Assembly (NCBI GenBank): GCA_029265315.1
Contig: JAJUJM010000001.1
Location: 179,463-243,462 of the forward strand
Source: Actinomycetota bacterium
GTDB lineage: Bacteria; Actinomycetota; Coriobacteriia; Anaerosomatales; PHET01
Direction of reading: 5' to 3'
DNA length: 64,000 nucleotides
In this document: positions 54,649-64,000 of the stretch, piece after piece
Layout of the letters: each line of letters opens with the position of its first letter
Numbering within the stretch: position 1 is the stretch's first letter
The notes under the pieces: model-generated
Seen by the model: the letters and a program-made list of their open reading frames with translations, nothing else
Database searches by the model: none
Told to the model about the DNA's origin: nothing
Position numbers and translations under genes: made by a program

Positions 54649-56331
54649 TCAGACCTCCAGCACGATCGGGATGATCATGGGGCGTCTGCGCAGACGCTCC
54701 CAGAAGAACTGGGAAAGGGACTCGCGGATCGCTCTCCTGATGACCGCGTGATCGGTGACGCCTTCGCGGCCTGTCTTGGCTACGGTCTTCGCGATGCGAG
54801 TCTTGGCCTCCTCGAGGACGGAGTCGGTGTCGGCGAACACGATGCCGCGAGTCACGACCTCGGGGTCGCCTGCGGCCTTGCCCGTACGGGAGTCGATGAC
54901 GACGACGATGGTCGCTATCCCGTCCTGACTCATGTGCTGGCGGTCGCGCAGGACGACCTGACCGAGGTCTCCCACGCTGGTGCCGTCGACGTAGATCACG
55001 CCGGAATCGACGCGCTCGGACACCCGGGCCTCGTCCTCATCGATCTCCAGGACATCGCCGTTGTCGAGGACGAAGACAGCGTCTTCGGGCACGCCCACTG
55101 AGACGGCGAGTCGGGCATGAGCGGCCAGGTGGCGCGTCTCTCCATGGATGGGGACGAAGAACTCGGGCTGCACAAGGTTCAGCATGAGTTTCAGCTCTTC
55201 GGCCGCTGCGTGTCCCGAGACGTGCACATCGGCGCTGCCGCGATGGACCACGTGGGCGCCGCCCTTAGTCAGTCGGTTGATGACGCGACTGACGGCCTTC
55301 TCGTTGCCGGGAACGGGACTCGCGGAGATGATCACCGTGTCGCCGCGCTCCACGGTGACCGTCCGATGGTCACCGTTGGCCATTCTGGCGAGCGCAGACA
55401 GCGGTTCTCCTTGGCTTCCGGTGCACAGGACGACGACCTTGTTCGCGGGGATCCCGCTCGTCTCATACGCGTCGAGGATGTCCTCATCGTCGATGTTGAG
55501 GTAGCCGAGGTCCCGGGCGATTCGGGTGTTCTGCAGCATGGAGCGACCCGTGACGGCCACTTTGCGTCCCGCTGCGACGGCGGCATCGCAGACCTGTTGC
55601 AGGCGGTGGATATGACTCGCGAACGATGCCACGATGACCCGCTGTTCGGCGTTGGCGATGATCTCATCGAGGGCGGCTCCGACCTCGGCCTCAGACCTGC
55701 AGAAACCCTTGTTCTCGGCTCCTGTCGAGTCGCTCATGAGCAGGGTCACGCCCGACTTACCGAATCTCGCCAACGCGCCGTAGTCGGTGAGACGACCGTC
55801 TATGGGTGTCTGGTCCAGCTTGAAGTCCCCGGTGTGAAGGACGGTGGCCACCGGCGTGCGGATGAACACCCCCACCCCGTCCGGGATCGAGTGGTTGACT
55901 GCGAAGAAGTCGAGTCCGAACGAGCCGAGGGAGACGTGACTACCGCTCCTGACCTCACGCAGCCTCGGCTTCTTGATGCCGTGTTCGTCGAGCTTTCCTT
56001 TGACGAGGCCGAGCGTGAGCCTGGTGCCGAGGACCGGAACCGGGCGCCCCAGGTCTTTGAGCAGGTAGGGCAAGGCACCGGTATGGTCTTCATGGCCGTG
56101 GGTGATGACGATACCGCGGAGTCTGTCGACGTGTTTCAAGACGTACGAGTAGTCCGGAAGGATGAGGTCCACGCCGGGGTGGTCGTCGTCCGGGAACATG
56201 ATGCCGGCGTCCACGATCAGCATGTCGCCGCCATGTTCGAACACGGTCATGTTCTTACCGATTCCGTCGAGTCCGCCGAGCGGGATGACCCTCAGGCGTG
56301 CACGTCGGGCGGCTCTTTTCTCAGTGGGCAT
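54649..56331 (-). CDS. rnj: Ribonuclease J
   Basis: VIPLGGLDGIGKNMTVFE, beta-lactamase motif ITHGHEDHTGALPYLL, and a beta-CASP region. Confidence 0.95.
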   Translation of the reverse strand: MPTEKRAARRARLRVIPLGGLDGIGKNMTVFEHGGDMLIVDAGIMFPDDDHPGVDLILPDYSYVLKHVDRLRGIVITHGHEDHTGALPYLLKDLGRPVPVLGTRLTLGLVKGKLDEHGIKKPRLREVRSGSHVSLGSFGLDFFAVNHSIPDGVGVFIRTPVATVLHTGDFKLDQTPIDGRLTDYGALARFGKSGVTLLMSDSTGAENKGFCRSEAEVGAALDEIIANAEQRVIVASFASHIHRLQQVCDAAVAAGRKVAVTGRSMLQNTRIARDLGYLNIDDEDILDAYETSGIPANKVVVLCTGSQGEPLSALARMANGDHRTVTVERGDTVIISASPVPGNEKAVSRVINRLTKGGAHVVHRGSADVHVSGHAAAEELKLMLNLVQPEFFVPIHGETRHLAAHARLAVSVGVPEDAVFVLDNGDVLEIDEDEARVSERVDSGVIYVDGTSVGDLGQVVLRDRQHMSQDGIATIVVVIDSRTGKAAGDPEVVTRGIVFADTDSVLEEAKTRIAKTVAKTGREGVTDHAVIRRAIRESLSQFFWERLRRRPMIIPIVLEV

Positions 56332-56370
56332 GAGTGGTGTCTCGGGTCCTCTCGGTCAGACTCTTGTGTC

Positions 56371-57264
56371 TCAGGGCAAGAGACCGACATGCCGCATCAC
56401 GCGCGTGAGCTCATCGACCTGAGACCGGGTCGGTTCGACCAGCGGCAGTCGCACCCCGCCGACAGGAAAGCCTGTGAGCTCGAGCGCTTTCTTCACCATG
56501 ATCGGGTTCGACGTCAGGAACAGGGCTTTCATCAGGGGAAGCAACTCGATGTGTATCCGCAGGGCCTTGGTGTGTTCTCCGTTGACCTGCGCGAGGATCA
56601 TCTCCTTGAAACGAGGTCCTGCGATGTGACTGAGCACGGAGATGACACCGGTGCCCCCCATGCCCATCAACGGGAGTGTGAGTTCGTCGTCTCCCGCCAG
56701 GATCTCGAAGCCCTCGGGAGCGCCGGCGAGGATCGTGGCGGCCTGCGAGAGATCACTGTTCGCCTGTTTGAGAGCGATGATGTTGTCACAATCGTGAGCC
56801 AGTCTGAGTACCGTCTCAGGCTCCATGTTGATCACGCAGCGTCCGGGGATGTTGTACAGGATCACCGGGACATCGACTGCTTCGGCGATGGCCCTGAAGT
56901 GCCGGTACAGGCCCTCTTGGGGTGGCTTGTTGTAGTACGGGACGACCGCCATGATCGCGTCCACGCCCAGCGCCACCACCTTGCGCGCGAACGCGACAGA
57001 ATCGTCTGTGCAGTTGTCGCCGGCGTTCGCGATGACAGGCGCGCGTCCTTTGACCGCGTCCAAGACGGCGCGGAACAGATCCATCTTCTGGTCATAGAAG
57101 ACGGTCGGGCTCTCGCCGGTGGTCCCACAGACGACCAAGGCGTCAGACCCTGTGTCGAGCAGACGATTCGCAAGCTCGGCCGCTCGGGGCAGGTCGAGAG
57201 AATCGTCTTCGGTGAACGGCGTCACCATCGCTGTTATCAGTCGGCCGAAACGAGGCGCGGTCAT
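56371..57264 (-). CDS. dapA: 4-hydroxy-tetrahydrodipicolinate synthase
   Basis: TAMVTPF, VVCGTTGESPT and YNIPGR motifs. ATG 57264 follows aggag. Confidence 0.95.
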   Translation of the reverse strand: MTAPRFGRLITAMVTPFTEDDSLDLPRAAELANRLLDTGSDALVVCGTTGESPTVFYDQKMDLFRAVLDAVKGRAPVIANAGDNCTDDSVAFARKVVALGVDAIMAVVPYYNKPPQEGLYRHFRAIAEAVDVPVILYNIPGRCVINMEPETVLRLAHDCDNIIALKQANSDLSQAATILAGAPEGFEILAGDDELTLPLMGMGGTGVISVLSHIAGPRFKEMILAQVNGEHTKALRIHIELLPLMKALFLTSNPIMVKKALELTGFPVGGVRLPLVEPTRSQVDELTRVMRHVGLLP

Positions 57265-57379
57265 GTCGTCATCTCCTAGCGGGTGCATGGCTGGTGCATG
57301 CGAGAGCCGGTCACGGTCTCACCTGCCGTATTGTGCCACACGGTGTTCGGGCGAGACCGCTTGGTGTGCGTCAAACCTC

Positions 57380-58636
57380 TCAGCGAGCGCCCGAGTCGGA
57401 ATCGGCCAGACCGAAGCCGGCATGCAGCGCGTTGACCGCATCCATCACCCGGTCTGCCTTGATCAGGACTGAGATCGTCGTGTGGGAGTCGGCTATCTGT
57501 AGGACAGCGACCCCGGCCTCTCGAAGATGCTCCGCCACCTTGGCCATGACTCCCGGAACACCGTGCATGCCGGCGCCGACCAGCGTCACTTTGGCGAGTC
57601 CAACCGTGATGTCGTAGGTCCACGGGAGCTCGTCGAGTACCCCTCGTACGGCGTCGAGTGCCGTGTGGGCGACGGTGAATACCAGCGTGCCCCGTATCGG
57701 CGTGAACATGTCAAGCGAAGCGCCGGTGTCCGCCAAGCTCCGGAACAGGTCCGATTGGGCCGCCATGTGTCGTCGGCTGCCCTCTTCGGCGTCAAGGTGG
57801 ACGACCACGCGCACGACGCCGTCGGTATGGGTGACGGCGGTCGCCACGGAACCGGGGCGCAGCGCCGCGATATCGGTGACGTGTGTTCCCGGATGAGTCG
57901 AGTAGGTGTTCTTCACGCGGACGGAAAGACCGCTCGCAAGAGCCAGCTCCGCCGCGGGGGTGTGCACCACCCTGCTCCCGGCACGTGCCATCTGGAACAG
58001 TTCGTCTGAACGGATGACCGCGAGCGTTCTCGCGGACTCACAGACACGGGGGTCGGTGGTCATGACACCATCGACATCGGTGTAGATGGCGACCTCCTCG
58101 GCCCCAAGAGCCACACCGAGGGCGCATGCGGTCGTGTCGCTTCCGCCGCGCCCAAGGGTGGTCAACGTCCCGTCGGACGCGATCCCTTGGAATCCGCAGA
58201 CGACGGGGACTTTTCCCTGTCCGATCAACGCCCGCAGTCGGTCCGTGTGAATCTCTGTGATGCTCGCAGAGCCATATACGCCGTCGGTGACCATGCCGGC
58301 CTCTCCGCCCGTCAAGGCGACCGCATCCACCCCGTGGGCCCGAAGCTCGTGGGCGACCACGACCGCGCTGATGACCTCGCCGACGCTGGCGAGCAGGTCA
58401 TGTTCGCGCGGGTCGGCGGGCAGACCGCGCACAAGCGCCAAGAGCGTGTCGGTCGCGTAGGGGTCGCCGTCACGCCCCATGGCGCTCACGACCACGACGG
58501 GGCTCCGGGCGAGCTCGAGCGCTGCGGTCACGTGGAGTGCGAGAGCCGCGCGACCTTCTTCTGACGCGACGGAGGTGCCACCGAACTTCATCACGACGAT
58601 GGGCCGGTCCCCCGTTGTGGGAGCGGGACAGGTCAC
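57380..58636 (-). CDS. lysC: Aspartate kinase
   Basis: VVMKFGGTSVAS and TLGRGGSDTTA, plus C-terminal ACT repeats. Confidence 0.95.
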   Translation of the reverse strand: MTCPAPTTGDRPIVVMKFGGTSVASEEGRAALALHVTAALELARSPVVVVSAMGRDGDPYATDTLLALVRGLPADPREHDLLASVGEVISAVVVAHELRAHGVDAVALTGGEAGMVTDGVYGSASITEIHTDRLRALIGQGKVPVVCGFQGIASDGTLTTLGRGGSDTTACALGVALGAEEVAIYTDVDGVMTTDPRVCESARTLAVIRSDELFQMARAGSRVVHTPAAELALASGLSVRVKNTYSTHPGTHVTDIAALRPGSVATAVTHTDGVVRVVVHLDAEEGSRRHMAAQSDLFRSLADTGASLDMFTPIRGTLVFTVAHTALDAVRGVLDELPWTYDITVGLAKVTLVGAGMHGVPGVMAKVAEHLREAGVAVLQIADSHTTISVLIKADRVMDAVNALHAGFGLADSDSGAR

Positions 58637-59419
58637 TCAGGGCTCCAGGAGGTTCTCAAGGCCGATGACCAGACCGGTGCGGGAGCCCACGGCACGGATG
58701 GCGAGGAGAACGCCGGGGACGAAGCTCGTGCGGTCGATGGAGTCATGGCGTATGGTCAGGGTCTGGCCCTGACCGCCGAATACGACCTCTTGGTGTGCGA
58801 CGAGTCCGGGAAGACGAACGGAATGGATCCTTACCCCGTCCACCTCGGCGCCGCGGGCGCCTCGCATGCCCTCCAACTCGGTCTCGACGCCCGGCGTGTC
58901 CGGTCGTGAGAGGCGAGCGTCGGCGATCATCTTCGCTGTACGAAGCGCCGTACCCGAGGGGGCGTCAGCCTTGCCGTCGTGGTGAAGCTCGATGACCTCG
59001 GCATAGGGCATGTACTTGGCCGCGCGTTCGGCGAAAGACATCATCAGGACGGCGCCGATCGCGAAATTGGGAGCGAAGAACAAGCAGGCACCGTCAATCG
59101 CTTGGGAAGCGATATCGGCCAAGGTGCTCTCACTCAGGCCGGTGGTGCCGACGACGCAGTCAACGCCGCGAAGAAGCGCCGTACGCAGGTTGGCCTCGAC
59201 CACGTTCGGGTGGGTGAAATCGACCATGACATCCGGTCGCGTCCGGTCGATCGCATCGGCGAGATCGGCGACGCACGCGACCTCGTCTGTCAAGCGTTGA
59301 CCCGCGAGCGCGGGGTCGACTGCGGCGACAAGCTCCATGTCGTCCTGGGCGTCGATGGCGCGTACGATCTCAGATCCGACGCGGCCTCCTGCGCCGGAGA
59401 CGAGGACTCTGGTCGACAT
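58637..59419 (-). CDS. dapB: 4-hydroxy-tetrahydrodipicolinate reductase
   Basis: VLVSGAGGRVGSEIV Rossmann motif and ELHHDGKADAPSGTA. ATG 59419 follows gaggggag. Confidence 0.95.
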   Translation of the reverse strand: MSTRVLVSGAGGRVGSEIVRAIDAQDDMELVAAVDPALAGQRLTDEVACVADLADAIDRTRPDVMVDFTHPNVVEANLRTALLRGVDCVVGTTGLSESTLADIASQAIDGACLFFAPNFAIGAVLMMSFAERAAKYMPYAEVIELHHDGKADAPSGTALRTAKMIADARLSRPDTPGVETELEGMRGARGAEVDGVRIHSVRLPGLVAHQEVVFGGQGQTLTIRHDSIDRTSFVPGVLLAIRAVGSRTGLVIGLENLLEP

Positions 59420-59449
59420 CGAAAAGCTCCCCTCTTCCACGCGGTGCTG

Positions 59450-60703
59450 CTAACGAACGAGCGGTTCGAGTCGCTCGGGTTTGAATGGCCCGATGACGGC
59501 GAGTACCTTCTCACGGTCAAGGACCGATGACGAGACCCTTTTGAGGTCTTCCATCGTCACGGAGTCGAAGCGTTCGACGAGCTCGTCTGCAGAGAGGATC
59601 TCGCCGCCGGTGACCTCGTTCTTGCCGAGTCGGGTCATGCGCATCCGGGTCGACTCCATCCCAAGCACCAGGTGGCCCTTTGTCGCCTGGCGCACACGGT
59701 CTAGCTCTTCGGGCGTGACGCCGTGCTCAGCTATGCGTTCCATCTCGATTCGGATGAGCCTGATGACCTCTTCGGCGTTCTCCGGACGCGTGCCGGCGTA
59801 CACCGCGAACTCACCGGTGTCCTGGTATAGCGACGAGAACGAGTAGATCGCATAGACCAGACCGCGCTTCTCCCGGACCTCCTGGAAGAGGCGAGAGCTC
59901 ATGCCGCCTCCCAGGACACCGTCGAGCAGGGCGAGCGCGAAGCGGTCCGGGTGGTGTGCGTTCATCGTGGCCACGCCGTAACAGATGTGGGCCTGCTCGG
60001 TGTCCTTCTCGAGGGTGACGATGCGGGCCTCCCCGGCGGCGTCCGCGATCGGTCGGACTGAACGGGGGCCGTGGTTGAGGCTGGACAGATGGCGCTCAGT
60101 GAGCGAGACCAGCTCATCGTGGTCAACGTTGCCTGCCGCTGCGACCACGCAGTTGCCGGACAGATAGTGCTTCTGGCGGAAGGCGACGGCAGCGGCGTGG
60201 TCGAAACCGCTGACCGTCTCGCGGCTGCCGAGGATCGGAAGCCCGATGGGATGGTCAGGCCACAGCGCGTGGCTGAATATCTCGTGGATCCGGTCGTCGG
60301 GGGTGTCCTCCATCCGCGCGATCTCCTCGATGACGACCTCGCGCTCAGAGGCGCAGGCGTCATCGGCGAGGCTCGCGTCCACCACCATCTCGGCGAGCAG
60401 AGCGAAGGCCGAATCGAGGTGCTCGTCGACGAAACGGCTGTAGTAGCAGGTGTACTCCTTGGATGTGAAGGCGTTGAGCTCGGCGCCCAAGCGGTCGAAC
60501 TGCTCGGAGATGTCCTTCGCGGAGTGCGTGGAGGTCCCCTTGAACATCATGTGCTCCATGAAGTGCGACATGCCAGCTTCGTATGGGACCTCATCACGGC
60601 TGCCGACGGCGAACCAGATACCCAGCGCCACTGAGCGGACGGAGTCCATCGGCTCCGACATGACGGTGATGCCGTTGTCGAGGACCGTCTTTCGATAGAA
60701 CAT
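59450..60703 (-). CDS. M16 family (pitrilysin/insulinase-type) zinc peptidase
   Basis: Inverted zinc motif HFMEHMMFKGT. Its position between pnp and dapB matches the actinobacterial pepR position. Confidence 0.9.
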   Translation of the reverse strand: MFYRKTVLDNGITVMSEPMDSVRSVALGIWFAVGSRDEVPYEAGMSHFMEHMMFKGTSTHSAKDISEQFDRLGAELNAFTSKEYTCYYSRFVDEHLDSAFALLAEMVVDASLADDACASEREVVIEEIARMEDTPDDRIHEIFSHALWPDHPIGLPILGSRETVSGFDHAAAVAFRQKHYLSGNCVVAAAGNVDHDELVSLTERHLSSLNHGPRSVRPIADAAGEARIVTLEKDTEQAHICYGVATMNAHHPDRFALALLDGVLGGGMSSRLFQEVREKRGLVYAIYSFSSLYQDTGEFAVYAGTRPENAEEVIRLIRIEMERIAEHGVTPEELDRVRQATKGHLVLGMESTRMRMTRLGKNEVTGGEILSADELVERFDSVTMEDLKRVSSSVLDREKVLAVIGPFKPERLEPLVR

Positions 60704-60782
60704 CGGGAATCTCCCTCGTGAGGTCAAGCTCGTGTGGTGTCAGAGTAACCGAACGGGCAAGGTTCGCGTCTTGCCAAGAATG

Positions 60783-60816
60783 ACAGCCCCCGGACCGTGA
60801 GGCACTCGGGGGCTGT
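60783..60816 (-). terminator. Intrinsic terminator after pnp
   Basis: On the minus strand, ACAGCCCCCG-(14 nt loop)-CGGGGGCTGT forms a 10-bp stem, followed by CATTCTTGG. A second hairpin GGCAAG/CTTGCC follows. Confidence 0.7.
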
Positions 60817-60837
60817 GAGGTCGTGCGGTGCGCGCCC

Positions 60838-63018
60838 TCAGTGGCGGCGGCGCGGACGTCGGTCGCGGTCTGTCCCGCCGCCGTCGCGACGTGGGCCACG
60901 ATCGCCTACGGGGCCCGAGTCGGTGCTACCCTCGGGTGCCGGCGGCTTGTCGAGACGATCGAGGCTCACCTTGCCGCGGTCGTCGATGTCGATGACCTTG
61001 ACGTGGACTTCATCGCCGACGTTGAGCACGTCCTCGACCTTGCCCACGCGTCCCTGGGCGACGCGGCTGATGTGAAGCAGGCCGTCCTTGCCGGGCATGA
61101 GCTCGACGAAGGCGCCGAACGGCTGGATCGAGACGACTCGGCCGTGGTACTCCTCCCCGACCTCGACGTCCTTTACGATCGCCTGGATCCGGCGGACCGC
61201 CTCTTCACCGCCCAGGTCGCGTGACGCGACGTAGATGGTGCCGTCCTCTTGGATGTCGATCTGCGCGCCTGTCTCCTCTTGGATCCCGCGTACGACTTTG
61301 CCTCCGCTGCCGATGACCTCTCGGATCTTGTCACTCGGGATCTTGATGGTGATGATGCGCGGCGCGTACTGGCTCATCTGGGGGCGGGACTCGGAGATGA
61401 CCTCGAGCATCTTGCTGAGGATGTAGGCGCGTCCCTCCTTGGCCTGCATGAGCGCCTTGTTGAGGATCTCCAGGGAAAGCCCCTTGGCCTTGTTGTCCAT
61501 CTGCATGGCGGTGATGCCCTTGGGCGTGCCCGCGACCTTGAAATCCATGTCGCCGAGGAAGTCCTCGAGACCCTGGATGTCCGAGAGCACCGCGACCCTG
61601 TCTCCTTCCTTGATGAGGCCCATCGCGATGCCGGAGACCGGTGCTGAGATGGGGACTCCGGCGTCCATGAGCGCGAGCGTCGAGCCGCAGACGGAGGCCA
61701 TCGAGCTCGAACCGTTGGACTCAAGGACCTCGGAGACGATGCGGATGGTGTACGGGAACTCGTCCTCGTCGGGGATGACCGGCAGAAGCGCTCGCTCCGC
61801 GAGGGCCCCGTGACCGATGTCGCGGCGCTTCGGTCCGCGCATGAACCCGATCTCACCGGTGGAGAAGGGTGGGAAGTTGTAGTGATGGATGTAGCGCTTG
61901 CCCTCGGACACGTCGATCGTGTCGAGACGCTGCCACTCGTTGAGCATGCCGAGGGTCAGCACCGAGAGGACCTGGGTCTGGCCACGGGTGAAAAGGCCCG
62001 AGCCGTGCGCACGGGGCAGGTAGCCGGCCACGCAGCTGATCGGACGGATCTCGGTCACCGAGCGTCCGTCCGCGCGCTCGCCTTCGTCGAGTACCATGGC
62101 ACGCATCGTCTTCTTCTCGAGAAGCTTCAGGACAGCACGCAGGTCCTTGCCCCACACGGCGAGCTCCTCGTCGGTGAACGACGCCGCGATCTCGTCTTTC
62201 ACTGCGGCCACTGCGTCCATTCGGGCGTGCTTGTCAGGGTTGTGCAGAGCGGCCTTCATCTTCTCGGCGCCCATCGCGAAGACGCGATCGACCAGCGCGG
62301 GGTCGTGTGACGCGAGCACGACTTCCATCGGCTTGATGTCGACCTTGGCAAGGAATCGTTCCTGGACCTCACAGAAGGCGGCTATCGCCTCTTGGGCGAA
62401 CATGAGCGCTGCGAGCATGTCCTCTTCGGAGACCTCGCGAGCGCCTGCCTCGAGCATGTAGACCGCGTCCTTGGAACCGGCCACCACGAGGTCGAGGTCC
62501 GAGTCCTCGGTCTCATCGAAGGTGGGGTTGACGAGGAACTCGCCGGTCTGCATGTCACGACACACACGGACTCCGGCCAAGGGCCCCTCGAACGGGATCC
62601 CTGCCGCCATGAGCGCGGCGGATGCTCCCATGATCGAGATCACGTCAGGCTGGTGCACCTGGTCGGCCGACAGGACGGTCGCGATGACCTGGACCTCGTT
62701 GCGGAAGCCGTCGGCGAAGGCCGAGCGCAGCGGCCTGTCGATCATACGTGCGGTGAGCGTGGCCTTCTCGCTGGGCCGGGCCTCGCGCTTGATGAAGCCG
62801 CCGGGGAGTTTGCCGGCCGCATACATCCGCTCTTCGAAGTCGACGGTGAGCGGGAAGAAGTCAAGGTCTTTGGCCTGCTTCGAAGCGGTCGCGGTGACGA
62901 GCACGACCGAATCCCCCTGGCGTACCAGGACGGCGCCGCCAGCTTGTTTCGCGAGCTCACCGGTCTCGAGTGCGTACTCTTTTCCGAACAGCTCGAACGT
63001 CTCAACGATCTTGGTCAT
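60838..63018 (-). CDS. pnp: Polyribonucleotide nucleotidyltransferase (PNPase)
   Basis: Two RNase PH domains, KH domain (VIGSGGKVVRGIQE), S1 domain (GRVVSIQPFGAFVEL), and an Arg/Gly-rich tail. Confidence 0.98.
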   Translation of the reverse strand: MTKIVETFELFGKEYALETGELAKQAGGAVLVRQGDSVVLVTATASKQAKDLDFFPLTVDFEERMYAAGKLPGGFIKREARPSEKATLTARMIDRPLRSAFADGFRNEVQVIATVLSADQVHQPDVISIMGASAALMAAGIPFEGPLAGVRVCRDMQTGEFLVNPTFDETEDSDLDLVVAGSKDAVYMLEAGAREVSEEDMLAALMFAQEAIAAFCEVQERFLAKVDIKPMEVVLASHDPALVDRVFAMGAEKMKAALHNPDKHARMDAVAAVKDEIAASFTDEELAVWGKDLRAVLKLLEKKTMRAMVLDEGERADGRSVTEIRPISCVAGYLPRAHGSGLFTRGQTQVLSVLTLGMLNEWQRLDTIDVSEGKRYIHHYNFPPFSTGEIGFMRGPKRRDIGHGALAERALLPVIPDEDEFPYTIRIVSEVLESNGSSSMASVCGSTLALMDAGVPISAPVSGIAMGLIKEGDRVAVLSDIQGLEDFLGDMDFKVAGTPKGITAMQMDNKAKGLSLEILNKALMQAKEGRAYILSKMLEVISESRPQMSQYAPRIITIKIPSDKIREVIGSGGKVVRGIQEETGAQIDIQEDGTIYVASRDLGGEEAVRRIQAIVKDVEVGEEYHGRVVSIQPFGAFVELMPGKDGLLHISRVAQGRVGKVEDVLNVGDEVHVKVIDIDDRGKVSLDRLDKPPAPEGSTDSGPVGDRGPRRDGGGTDRDRRPRRRH

Positions 63019-63072
63019 CTTCTCTTCCCTGTCCTTCCGGCCGACGGCCCCATGCCGACGGCCCCTTCACGA

Positions 63073-63099
63073 CGAAGGCGGGGACGCTCCCCGCCTTCG
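63073..63099 (-). terminator. Hairpin between rpsO and pnp (rpsO terminator/attenuator or pnp-leader processing stem)
   Basis: Perfect 12-bp stem CGAAGGCGGGGA / TCCCCGCCTTCG with a 3-nt loop, 21 nt after the rpsO stop. The U-tract is weak. Confidence 0.6.
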
Positions 63100-63119
63100 A
63101 GAATCCCTCGCGTGGGTGT

Positions 63120-63389
63120 CTACCCGCGGATGCCGAGTTGGGCGATGAGTTCGCGGTAGCGCTCGATGTCGTTCTTCTTGACGTAGCCCAAGAGCCGGCG
63201 ACGCTGTCCGACCAGCTTGAGTAGGCCACGGCGGGTGTGATGGTCCTTGCTGTGGGTCTTGAGATGCTCGGTGAGGTCACGAATACGCTGCGTGAGCAGA
63301 GCGATCTGGACGTCTGCAGAGCCCGTGTCGTTCTCCGCGCGCTTGTATTCGGCGATAATCTTGGCCTTGACTTCCTTGTCGAGCGGCAT
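63120..63389 (-). CDS. rpsO: 30S ribosomal protein S15
   Basis: [48 protein letters not shown]. Confidence 0.98.
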   Translation of the reverse strand: MPLDKEVKAKIIAEYKRAENDTGSADVQIALLTQRIRDLTEHLKTHSKDHHTRRGLLKLVGQRRRLLGYVKKNDIERYRELIAQLGIRG

Positions 63390-63485
63390 GGGTCCACCTT
63401 TCTGATCGATGGTCCGCCCCGGTCCGGGATGGTCGCGTAGGTGGTCGCGGACCTCTCAGGCCGGGGTACTGACGATAGCCGGCGA

Positions 63486-63494
63486 AGTATAGCA
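63486..63494 (-). promoter_or_regulatory. Candidate extended -10 promoter for rpsO
   Basis: TGCTATACT (TGn + TATACT) on the minus strand, about 95 nt upstream of the rpsO ATG. No good -35 element. Confidence 0.3.
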
Positions 63495-63601
63495 CACACA
63501 CGGCTCCGGGCGTACAGGCCCCCCGTGGTCCGCCTCAGTGGGTCAGTATCAACGAAGAGAGGTCGAGACTGCGCCTTGAGATGCACGAATGGGCATCGGC
63601 C

Positions 63602-64000
63602 TCAGTCGTCGACGATGTCGATGAGGGCCGGTGGCAGGTCGGGAGGCATCGGGGCGGCCAGGCGCTGAAGGACCCGGGCGACATCGTCTCGGATGGCTTC
63701 CGACAGGTCCGCTGACGACCGGAACACCTTGAGATCCCGCAGTCTGGAGTTGAACTCGACGGTGACCGACCTACCGTACAGATCGCCTGTGAACCCGATG
63801 AGATGGGCCTCGATGAGGTGCTGCGTAGCGGGGAAGGTGGGAGGAGCTCCGACGAAGATGGCGGCCGGCCACGCACTCCCATCAGAGACGAAGGCTCGTC
63901 CCGCATACACACCATCGGCCGGGACCGCCATCCGTCTGGGTGGGCGAACATTGGCGGTCGGGAACCCGAGTTCGGCACCCTTGCGTCTCCCCTCCACCAC
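63602..64000 (-). CDS. ribF: Bifunctional riboflavin kinase/FAD synthetase, C-terminal riboflavin kinase part (5' end outside the window)
   Basis: GRRKGAELGFPTANV...IEAHLIGFTGDLYGRSV is the riboflavin kinase domain. The ORF runs off the window edge. Confidence 0.9.
   Translation of the reverse strand: MVEGRRKGAELGFPTANVRPPRRMAVPADGVYAGRAFVSDGSAWPAAIFVGAPPTFPATQHLIEAHLIGFTGDLYGRSVTVEFNSRLRDLKVFRSSADLSEAIRDDVARVLQRLAAPMPPDLPPALIDIVDD

Noticed and set aside
55117-57279. 720-aa ORF on the plus strand
   Set aside because: It is antisense to rnj and dapA, both of which have unambiguous catalytic motifs. Its Asp/Arg/Gly/Val-rich low-information sequence is a high-GC artefact.

Overview
This is a high-GC chromosomal segment with about 67 protein-coding genes. 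I could not support any rRNA, tRNA, CRISPR array, transposase or integrase. The content is core housekeeping. On the plus strand (1-26.6 kb): a VanW protein, a PaaK-like CoA ligase with an ACT protein, a D-Ala-D-Ala carboxypeptidase, the complete glycine cleavage operon (gcvT-gcvH-gcvPA-gcvPB) plus a lipoate ligase, an FHA/MerR cluster, hpt and apt, an NlpC/P60 hydrolase, and an amino-acid oxidation island (iorAB-ACT, two Liv-type binding proteins, livHMGF, a second PaaK-like ligase). On the minus strand (26.8-64 kb): two NCS2 nucleobase permeases, NUDIX, dut, nrdR, a LysM protein divergent from lexA, hflX, dapL-dapF, miaA, a LigB-AMMECR1 fusion, miaB, PHP, spoVS, a GHKL ATPase, GNAT, rny, recX, recA, thpR, cinA, pgsA, rimO, yajQ, a RodZ-like protein, ftsK, uppP, rnj, dapA, lysC, dapB, an M16 peptidase, pnp, rpsO and the 3' end of ribF. 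From memory, the nrdR-to-ribF order is collinear with the mycobacterial Rv2718c-Rv2786c region. It also carries Firmicute-style genes (RNase Y, SpoVS, RimO, YajQ), so I infer an anaerobic actinobacterium, possibly Coriobacteriia-like. That taxon call is inference only. Three perfect Cheo/SOS boxes were read directly, two between the LysM gene and lexA and one upstream of recA, along with several strong hairpins. I do not see a clear, self-contained novel multi-gene system such as a defence island. The best candidates for something undescribed are four. (1) A small coiled-coil protein carries a near-perfect single RsiG-type c-di-GMP signature with no sigma partner nearby. (2) A GNAT / GHKL-ATPase-with-HTH / SpoVS / PHP module sits directly downstream of rny. 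(3) A LigB-type dioxygenase-AMMECR1 fusion is wedged between miaB and miaA. (4) Several long leaders (rny, rpsO, pnp, spoVS, NlpC/P60) may be structured. All functional calls rest on motif recognition by eye; no database search was run.
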